Source: an uncultured Acidobacteriota bacterium (GTDB lineage: Bacteria > Acidobacteriota > Vicinamibacteria > Vicinamibacterales > UBA8438). From it: a stretch of 64,000 nt of DNA. Shown piece by piece: positions 35,675 through 43,007 of the stretch. The notes under the pieces are model-generated. The model was not told the DNA's origin. It was given only the letters and a program-made list of their open reading frames with translations, and did not search any database. How positions within the stretch are numbered: the stretch's first letter is position 1; each line of letters begins with the position of its first letter. Position numbers and translations under genes: made by a program. Where the stretch lies: assembly GCA_913043225.1 (NCBI GenBank), contig CAJWLU010000008.1:76909-140908 (forward strand), given 5' to 3'.

Positions 35675-37407
35675 GCCACCCCTCCCTCGGCGAACTGCGA
35701 CCGCACGATCTCTTGATAGGTGCTGCAGCCGGTCTGCAATTGCTGGTGGGTGCCGTGTCCGACGATGCGACCGTCGTCCAGAACGACGATCTGGTCCGCG
35801 TCCATGATGGAAGAGACACGTTGCGCTACCACGAGGACAGCCGCGTCGTGCATCTGCGGTTCGAGCGCACGGCGGAGCTGGGCTTCGGTGGCTAAGTCGA
35901 GGGCCGAGAAGGCGTCGTCGAACAGATAGATCTCGGGCCGGCGGACTACTACTCTGGCGATCGCGAGACGCTGTCGTTGGCCCCCTGACACCGTCGTGCC
36001 GCCCTGTGCGATCGGGGTGTCCAGCCCCTGCGGCATCGCTTCTACGAAGTTCCGGGCCTGCGCGGTCTCGAGCGCAGCCCACAGCTCGTCGTCGGTGGCG
36101 TGAGGTTTGCCGTGGCGAAGATTCGAGGCCACGGTACCCGAGAAGAGATAGCTCTGCTGAGGTACGAGGCCGATCCGTTCCCACAGTATTTCTGGAGAGA
36201 GTTGTCGTACGTCGACGCCACTCACTTCCACGTGGCCGCCGGTCACATCGAAGAGGCGCGGGACCAGAGAAAGCAGCGTCGTTTTTCCAGCCCCCGTCGA
36301 CCCGATCACGGCGACGGTCTGCCCCGACGCCACCTCAATGTTGATGTCGTCGAGCACCGCCCGGCTGGCGCCCGGATAGCTGAAGTCGACCTGTGACAAC
36401 GTCACCGTTCCAGGGCGTGGCAGGTCGGTCACGGGTGTGGCCGGCGGGGCGACCGAGGAGTGGGTGTCAAGCACCTCGGTGATCCGGTCGGCGGCTACCA
36501 AGGCTCGAGGCACCATCATCAGCATGAAGGTCGCCAGCATCACCGCAACCAGGCTCTGAACCAGGTAGGCCATGAAGGCGGTCAGTGAGCCCAGTTGCAT
36601 CAGGCCGCCGTCGACCCGTAGCGCGCCGAACCAGAATACCGCCACCACCGAGATGTTCAGCACGAGGATGATCACGGGAAACATGGCCGCCATCCAGCGA
36701 CCCACTTGGAGGGCGACCTCGGTCAGCATACGATTGGCCTGATCGAAGCGGGCGCACTCCTGTGCCTCCCGTACGAAGGCGCGCACCACCCGGATGCCAG
36801 TGATCTGTTCCCTCAGCGTTTTGTTGACCTGGTCGATGCGCGGCTGCATCACGCGGAACGCGGGGATCATCTTCACGAGGATGAATCGGAGCCCGCCCAC
36901 CATGGCGGGCACTGTCACCAGCAGCAGCCAGGAGAGAGTCGCGTCTTCCCTTACTGCCATGATGACGCCACCCGTCAGCATAATCGGGGCGCTGGCCATC
37001 ATGGTGCAGGCCGTGAGCACGACCATTTGCACCTGGCCGAGATCATTCGTACACCGGGTGATCAGCGTGGGCGCACCGAACTGACCCATCTCGCGGCGGG
37101 AGAAGGTGCCCACATGGGTGAACACGGCCGCGCGTAGGTCGCGCCCAAGGCCCATAGCGGTCCGGGCCCCGAAATAGACCGCAGCCGCCGTGCCCGTGAT
37201 CTGGGCCAGCGCTGCGGCCAACATCATTATTCCCGTCTGCGTGATGTAGCCAGTGTCGCCGAGTGTGACGCCCTGGTCGATGATGTCGGCATTGAGCGCT
37301 GGTAGAAACAGTGCCGCTCCGGTCGACCAGATCTGGAAGATGACCACACCTGTCAAGAGTGGGTAGTACGGCCGAAGATAGGTCCGAAGCAGTCGGAGAA
37401 GTGCCAT
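35671..37407 (-). CDS. Heterodimeric ABC exporter, TMD-NBD subunit 1
   Basis: GSTGAGKT, VSGGQRQR, degenerate Walker B YLFDD and switch VAQR. Confidence 0.93.
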   Translation of the reverse strand: MALLRLLRTYLRPYYPLLTGVVIFQIWSTGAALFLPALNADIIDQGVTLGDTGYITQTGIMMLAAALAQITGTAAAVYFGARTAMGLGRDLRAAVFTHVGTFSRREMGQFGAPTLITRCTNDLGQVQMVVLTACTMMASAPIMLTGGVIMAVREDATLSWLLLVTVPAMVGGLRFILVKMIPAFRVMQPRIDQVNKTLREQITGIRVVRAFVREAQECARFDQANRMLTEVALQVGRWMAAMFPVIILVLNISVVAVFWFGALRVDGGLMQLGSLTAFMAYLVQSLVAVMLATFMLMMVPRALVAADRITEVLDTHSSVAPPATPVTDLPRPGTVTLSQVDFSYPGASRAVLDDINIEVASGQTVAVIGSTGAGKTTLLSLVPRLFDVTGGHVEVSGVDVRQLSPEILWERIGLVPQQSYLFSGTVASNLRHGKPHATDDELWAALETAQARNFVEAMPQGLDTPIAQGGTTVSGGQRQRLAIARVVVRRPEIYLFDDAFSALDLATEAQLRRALEPQMHDAAVLVVAQRVSSIMDADQIVVLDDGRIVGHGTHQQLQTGCSTYQEIVRSQFAEGGVA

Positions 37408-37470
37408 GCGGCTAAGGCAGCGGCGCGGGCATCCAGCGCAAATGCCTGTAAGGTCGCCGGTCGGACGAGG

Positions 37471-39234
37471 TCAGCGACCGGCGACCGGCGGGAGTGCAAA
37501 CACGAAGAGGTTATTGCCGACGCCTGGGGTTAGCTCCGGGGTCAAACGGAGGAAGCCGGAAGAGCTCGAGGCGCTGCCGGTGCTGACGGCGACGTACTGG
37601 CGGCCGTCGACGGCGTAAGTTACTGGATAGCCGGTCACCGGGGCTCCGAGGTTGACCTCCCAGAGCACCTCACCGGTTTCGTCGCTGAGCGCCCGGAACC
37701 GCCCGTTGACGTCCCCACCAAAGACCAGTCCACCGCCTGTGGCCATCAGCGACATGGTACCGGCGCGCTGCTCGTAGAGCCACTCAGTTTCGCCAGTTTC
37801 TGCCGAGATGGCGCGGACGGTGCCCACCTGGTCGGTTCCGGGGGCCAGCTGGAACCGGGCCGCCAGACGGTAGATGGCGAGACCGCCCTCCATGGTCGAG
37901 AGTACTCGGGCGCAGACGTTCCGCAGCGGGTAGTACATCGTGTTGGTCCTGGGGCTGTAGGCGCCCGCTTCCCAGTCCTTGCCGCCGAGCCATCCGGGGC
38001 AAGAGAGTATCTCCTGGCCGAGGGCGCTAAAGACCACCTCCGGGTTGATGCTGACGGCGCCGGTTGCGCCATCGATATCACTGATCAGGTTCTGCCCCAC
38101 AGTCGGCGTGGCCCAGAGAAATTCTCCCGTTTCCCGGTCGAGGGTGTAGACGAGCCCGGTCTTGCCCGGAATGCCGGTGATCACCTTCCGTTTTTCGCCC
38201 GGCTGTATGCGTGGGTTGATCCAGCTGACGGCCTCCGGATTCGGACTGACGGCGGTGTCGACCAGGAGCCGCTCGAACGGATGGTCCATGTCCCAGTGGT
38301 CGTTGACGTGCTGGTAGTACCACCGGATCTCGCCCGTGTTACCGTCGAGCGCGAGTGTGGAGTTGTGGTAGAGGTGCGTTAGTTCGGTGCCCCCGAGCAT
38401 AAATTTTGGCGCCGGTGAGGTGACCGAGGTGCCGATGTAGACCAGATCCAGCTCGGGGTCGTAGCTGGGCACCATCCACGAGCCGACGTGCACCCGCTCT
38501 TCGAACGGTACGTCGCCCCACGTTTCGTCACCCGGTTCTCCCGGTGCTGGTACCAGTCGCCTGCGCCACACTTCTTCGCCGGTCGCTGCATCGTGAGCGA
38601 CGATCACGCACGAGTTGGGCCCACCGTTCGGACGGCAGCTCCGACCCGACACTGCCTTCCCGTTCGCGATGATTGGTCCGGAGGTATGCCGGGCCGGCGT
38701 TGTCTCGTAGTCCAGGATCTCCGTTTCCCAGACCACTTCACCGCTCACCGCGTCGAGGGCGTAGATGTAGTCGTCGTTACCGGTGTCGATGATCACGTTC
38801 CCGTAGATCGCCACATTCCGGTTCACTTCGACGAGACCGCCCAACACCTGCACGACATCGTCCGGCAGCGGCCGGCGGTATTCCCACAACAGATCGCCCG
38901 TGACGGCGTCAAAGGTTTGGAGGTGGTCGTTCGGATTGGGAAAGTAGAGCCGGCCGCCGTAGACCAGAGGCGTGCCCTCCTGGCTGCCACCGGCGAGCGT
39001 CCGGGTCCAGACGAGCTGAAGTTGGTTGACCGACTCGCGGTTGACCTGGTCGAGCGGACTGTAGCCCCATCCATTGAGGGTCCGACGCCACATCAGCCAG
39101 TCCTCCGCCGCCGGATTCTGCAGCATTTCGTCGGTGACCGGGATGAAGTCGGCCGACGGCTGCGCCTCGGTTGTTGAGGCGAGCAGCAGGAGTACGGCGA
39201 AGGGAATGGCGAGCAGGGTTCTAGTCAGTGTCAC
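37471..39234 (-). CDS. PQQ-binding-like beta-propeller (quinoprotein dehydrogenase family)
   Basis: DWLMWRRT...YSPLDQVN, WYYQ...DHWDMD, LDRETGEFLW, YAVDGRQYVAV; signal peptide. Confidence 0.88.
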   Translation of the reverse strand: MTLTRTLLAIPFAVLLLLASTTEAQPSADFIPVTDEMLQNPAAEDWLMWRRTLNGWGYSPLDQVNRESVNQLQLVWTRTLAGGSQEGTPLVYGGRLYFPNPNDHLQTFDAVTGDLLWEYRRPLPDDVVQVLGGLVEVNRNVAIYGNVIIDTGNDDYIYALDAVSGEVVWETEILDYETTPARHTSGPIIANGKAVSGRSCRPNGGPNSCVIVAHDAATGEEVWRRRLVPAPGEPGDETWGDVPFEERVHVGSWMVPSYDPELDLVYIGTSVTSPAPKFMLGGTELTHLYHNSTLALDGNTGEIRWYYQHVNDHWDMDHPFERLLVDTAVSPNPEAVSWINPRIQPGEKRKVITGIPGKTGLVYTLDRETGEFLWATPTVGQNLISDIDGATGAVSINPEVVFSALGQEILSCPGWLGGKDWEAGAYSPRTNTMYYPLRNVCARVLSTMEGGLAIYRLAARFQLAPGTDQVGTVRAISAETGETEWLYEQRAGTMSLMATGGGLVFGGDVNGRFRALSDETGEVLWEVNLGAPVTGYPVTYAVDGRQYVAVSTGSASSSSGFLRLTPELTPGVGNNLFVFALPPVAGR

Positions 39235-39267
39235 GGGAGTTGCCTCTCTGGTCTTCGGGCAGTTCGC

Positions 39268-39447
39268 CTACGGTTCTAGGTGCCCGTTGAAGACCATGTC
39301 TTCCAGGTCGAACTTCTTCTTTACTTCGTTGTTGGCGACGCGGGTGTCCAGCGCTACTTCCTCATCTTTGAACGTGACTGGCCAGCTCTTCTGGAGCAGG
39401 AAGGGCCACTGGCTCGTACCTTCGTTCAGATCACGGAGCAGCCGCAC
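39268..39447 (-). pseudogene. Probable C-terminal fragment of a conserved hypothetical gene
   Basis: 59-aa frame not in the ORF track: VRLLRDLNEGTSQWPFLLQKSWPVTFKDEEVALDTRVANNEVKKKFDLEDMVFNGHLEP. It has coding-like codon usage, and the ending resembles acidobacterial 'KKFKLKDMVFNGKLEL' C-termini (from recall). Confidence 0.45.
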
Positions 39448-39476
39448 GCCCTCTGGTGCGATCGGCGGCGACGCAC

Positions 39477-40433
39477 CTATTTCTTCTTCGCGGCCTCCAT
39501 CTCATCGAGGCGGGCTCCGTGCAGCATGTGCTCTGCGGCGTAGTTCCCCTCGTGGCACGCGTTCTCGAAGATCGGCAGCGGGTTGGGCCGGAGCGTCTGC
39601 ACCGCGGTCCATGGCGCGGTCCAGATGGTGTCGTCCCGCAGCGTGTACTCATACTTGATGTTGTTGCCCACGCGAGTGAATCGTTCCACTAGATGCGACT
39701 CTGGGCTGCTGCCCACGAGTTGGAGCCACCAGCTGAAGTTCGTCGTTTCGACTACCAGTGTGTCACCTTCCCAGTGTCCTCGGGAGTCCCCGAATGCTTG
39801 CTTGAGGGTCCCGTGCGGACGGCGGGTGATTGGGATGATCCGAGTGGCGTTGATCATCTCAGCTACCATCACGACGTGGTCCTCGGTCTGGAAGATCTGC
39901 ACGTTGTTGTTGTAGGGCAGTGGATAGATTGGGAGTCCGGCGTTGCCGAGGCACCGGTCGAAGTAACTCAGGTCTTCCGGGCCCTCAAGCGGAGCGGCGC
40001 CGAATGAGCCGCCGACGCCGTAGCGGGTCATGCCCTGTTCGGTCCGAGGCGGCCGTCGGCCATTGGGGGGATCGACGATCAGTGACGTGCGCCTGTTCTC
40101 CACCACCTGGGTCCCGTAGTCCATCCAGAACCGGTTGTAGGCGCCTATGGAGCCGCCTGCTTCGGTCCGCTGCGCCGGCGCGGTGTCGGCCGCCACATTT
40201 TGATCAATCGCGCCTTGTTCGATCGAACGGGCCTCTTCCTCGGTCAGAAATTCCCGATCGCCGTATTCTTCCGGGCGCTCGAGCGGTGTCAACGATCTGA
40301 AGTCCCACACGCCGTTGAGGTCCGGTTTCCCCCAGCCGGTTCGGGTGATCTCGCTTGACTGGGCGATGGCGACGGTCGGCGCTAGCAACGCGGCGGCGAG
40401 CGCCGTAACTAGCGTGTTCTGATGGGTGCGCAT
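39477..40433 (-). CDS. Exported hypothetical protein ('ACHEGNY' family), paralog 2
   Basis: RTGWGKPDLNGVW, DRC, PYNNN, GHWEGDTLVVET, ENACHEGNY. Confidence 0.85.
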   Translation of the reverse strand: MRTHQNTLVTALAAALLAPTVAIAQSSEITRTGWGKPDLNGVWDFRSLTPLERPEEYGDREFLTEEEARSIEQGAIDQNVAADTAPAQRTEAGGSIGAYNRFWMDYGTQVVENRRTSLIVDPPNGRRPPRTEQGMTRYGVGGSFGAAPLEGPEDLSYFDRCLGNAGLPIYPLPYNNNVQIFQTEDHVVMVAEMINATRIIPITRRPHGTLKQAFGDSRGHWEGDTLVVETTNFSWWLQLVGSSPESHLVERFTRVGNNIKYEYTLRDDTIWTAPWTAVQTLRPNPLPIFENACHEGNYAAEHMLHGARLDEMEAAKKK

Positions 40434-40530
40434 GGCTCTTCTGCCTCTGTAGAGTAGCTCTAGCCCAGCCGAGCGGCGTAAGGCTTCTGCCCTGGTGGGG
40501 CGCGGCTTGCAGCCCCGCCAAGGTATCCCG

Positions 40531-40566
40531 AAAGGAAACGACCGGAGACCCGAAGGCCACCGGTCG
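40531..40566 (-). terminator. Intrinsic terminator after the TonB receptor remnant
   Basis: Minus strand cgaccggtggcc-ttcg-ggtctccggtcg-tttccttt. Confidence 0.7.
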
Positions 40567-40598
40567 CCGATATTACCTGATAGTTCCGTTCAAGCGAA

Positions 40599-40733
40599 CT
40601 AGAAGCAGGTCTGGATCCTGAGCGAGAGCACCTGGGCCGGGTTGGTCGTGATGCGACGGACGGATTCGTCCTTGATGGTCGTGTCGCCGCCGAAGACCTC
40701 GTTTCGATCCAGCATGTTCAGACTGTTGAACAG
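40599..40733 (-). pseudogene. 3' remnant of a TonB-dependent receptor gene
   Basis: LFNSLNMLDRNEVFGGDTTIKDESVRRITTNPAQVLSLRIQTCF* aligns without gaps to the end of 5960..8869 (IFNKARVTSRNRSWGGGGVKNPEFLRVINIEPGRVLSFGVQTYF*). Confidence 0.75.
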
Positions 40734-40858
40734 TCTATGCAAGGCCGGTTTTTGATCTTCCCTCGCCGCCTTCTATTAGCGGCTCCCAGACACGCAGATT
40801 ACGGCGGAGCCAAGGAGGTTCCTGCGCGGCTTGCTGATACACTTTCAAAAGCGAGCCA

Positions 40859-41578
40859 ATGACCGAGGGGCCTGACCACGGCGACGACATAACCATCAAC
40901 GAGCTTGTCGGGGCTAAAGATCCAGTTGCTTCGAGTGCGGACGCTGCCAGTATGGATCCTGTTCCCAGACGGCGGCTGAGCGCCCACGAGCGCCGCGATC
41001 AGATCATCGACGCCGCCATTGCGCTGTTCGGAACGCGCGGCTACAACGGCACCACCACCCGAGCGCTGGCCGATGCCGCCGGGGTTAGTGAGGCGACCGT
41101 CTTCAAGCATTTCCCAACCAAGGACGCGCTCCATTCCGAGGCCTTCAGCAGCCGGGTGATCGATACTCAGGACGAGCTGATCGCCGAGCTTCGGGCACTG
41201 GCCGCCGAGCGAAAGGATGAGGCGCTACTGAAGAGGGTCGTGTCGGCGATTATTCAGGGGCTCGAAATTCACCGAGATATGCAGCGGATGCTGCTGTTCG
41301 CCTGGCTTGAGCAGAGTGTTGAGGAGAACACCCGCTTGTCCGATCGGGTCTTAGAGTTTCCGCTCTTTCCTTTCCTTGAGCAGTGGATCTTAGCGCGGCA
41401 GACTGAGGGGGAGTTCGTGGACGACGCCCTCCCGTTGCTTACGGCGGCCGTTCTCGGGCTGCCGCTGTACTACGGCACGCAGCACAAGCTCTACGGGTTG
41501 CCAACGAAACAGTCCGACGAAGAGGTTGCAGCCACCTTCGCCGCGTTCCTCTTGCGCGGCCTCCGCCGCTCGCGTTAG
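40859..41578 (+). CDS. TetR/AcrR family transcriptional regulator (alternative start 40951)
   Basis: RRDQIIDAAIALF...TTTRALADAAGVSEATVFKHFPTK. Confidence 0.92.
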   Translation: MTEGPDHGDDITINELVGAKDPVASSADAASMDPVPRRRLSAHERRDQIIDAAIALFGTRGYNGTTTRALADAAGVSEATVFKHFPTKDALHSEAFSSRVIDTQDELIAELRALAAERKDEALLKRVVSAIIQGLEIHRDMQRMLLFAWLEQSVEENTRLSDRVLEFPLFPFLEQWILARQTEGEFVDDALPLLTAAVLGLPLYYGTQHKLYGLPTKQSDEEVAATFAAFLLRGLRRSR

Positions 41579-42999
41579 GCGATGATGTCGTCTACGACGA
41601 CGCCTGCCACGTCGGTTAGCCTGAAGTCTCGCCCCTGACTCTTATAGGTCAGCCGCTCGTGATCCAGTCCGAGCAGGTGGAGCAGTGTTGCATGCAGATC
41701 GTGGATGTGCACTTTGTCTTCCACGGCGTAGTAGCCGTAGTCATCGGTACGGCCGTGGCTGTGCCCCGGCTTCACGCCTCCGCCCGCCATGAACATCGTG
41801 TAGCCGTGCGGGTTGTGGTCCCGTCCGTTGCGCGCACCCGCTTCGGCTCCGGGAGTGCGTCCAAATTCTCCTCCCCAGAGCACGAGCGTCTCGTCCAGCA
41901 AGCCGCGCGACTTTAGGTCGGTGATCAGACCGGCCACCGGTTTGTCGATTTCTGCGCAGCTTTGCGGCAGACCCGTGATCAGGCCTGAGTGGTGGTCCCA
42001 CTTCGTATCCGGACCGTGCGTGGCCTGGACGAATCGCACGCCAGATTCCGAGAACCGGCGGGCGAGGAGGCAACGGAGTCCAAAGTCGGACGTGAGAGGG
42101 TCGTCCAAGCCATAGAGCTTACGCGTCGCCTCCGACTCACCGTGGATGCTCATCAGCTCCGGTGCCTCGGTCTGCATCCTGAACGCCAGCTCGTAGGACT
42201 CGATGCGGCCCTCGAGCGCGAGGTCGGGTCCGGTTGCCGCCAGCTGCCGGCGCTGCCAGCGCTGGAGCAGGTCGAGCTCGGTGCGTTGGACGTTGGTGCC
42301 GACCGCCCGGTTCTCTAGGAAGTCGATGGTCGCGTCCGCGGTCGACATACGCGCGGTGCCGATCGCTGTGCCGTTGTAGGCGGCCGGAAGAAACGCCGCC
42401 GAGTAGTTCTGGACCCCGCCGTGCTGATAGGACGGGCAGATGGTGATGAAGCCCGGGAGGTCTTCGTTGTCGGTGCCGAGCCCGTAGGCAATCCAGGAGC
42501 CCATCGACGGCCGAACGAACCGGTCGCTGCCGGTGTTCATAGCGAGGATGGCGCCGCCGTGGGCGGCGTTGGTGCCATACATCGACCGAACGAAGCAGAG
42601 GTCGTCGGCGACGCCGGCTAGATTCGGCATCAGCTCGCTGATCCAGTGCCCAGATTGCCCATGCTGCTTGAAGTCCCACGGGCTCTTGAACAGGTTGCCC
42701 GTCTCGTTGAACTGCACGTCGGGCTTGGCGAATGGGAGCGGCTTGTTGTCGTCCCGGATTAGCAGCGGTTTGTACTCGAACAGGTCGTGTTGTGACGGGC
42801 CTCCGTGCATGTGCAGGAAGATGATTCGTTTCGCCTTGGGCGCGAAGTGCGGTGCCTTCACGGCCAGTGGATTGGCTTGGGCCGCAACGAGTTCTTCCTG
42901 CAGGAGCGAGGACAGCGCGAGCCCCCCGAATCCGCAGCCACAGGCCTTCAGCATGTCCCGCCGCGATACCGGCGGGGTCTGATAGTGGGGATACTTCAT
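41575..42999 (-). CDS. DUF1501 domain protein (Tat-like signal)
   Basis: SRRDML, FLHMHGGPSQ, RPSMGSW, WDHH, GEFGRTP, GRDHNP, HDLHAT. Confidence 0.92.
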   Translation of the reverse strand: MKYPHYQTPPVSRRDMLKACGCGFGGLALSSLLQEELVAAQANPLAVKAPHFAPKAKRIIFLHMHGGPSQHDLFEYKPLLIRDDNKPLPFAKPDVQFNETGNLFKSPWDFKQHGQSGHWISELMPNLAGVADDLCFVRSMYGTNAAHGGAILAMNTGSDRFVRPSMGSWIAYGLGTDNEDLPGFITICPSYQHGGVQNYSAAFLPAAYNGTAIGTARMSTADATIDFLENRAVGTNVQRTELDLLQRWQRRQLAATGPDLALEGRIESYELAFRMQTEAPELMSIHGESEATRKLYGLDDPLTSDFGLRCLLARRFSESGVRFVQATHGPDTKWDHHSGLITGLPQSCAEIDKPVAGLITDLKSRGLLDETLVLWGGEFGRTPGAEAGARNGRDHNPHGYTMFMAGGGVKPGHSHGRTDDYGYYAVEDKVHIHDLHATLLHLLGLDHERLTYKSQGRDFRLTDVAGVVVDDIIA

Positions 43000-43007
43000 A
43001 GCGGGTC

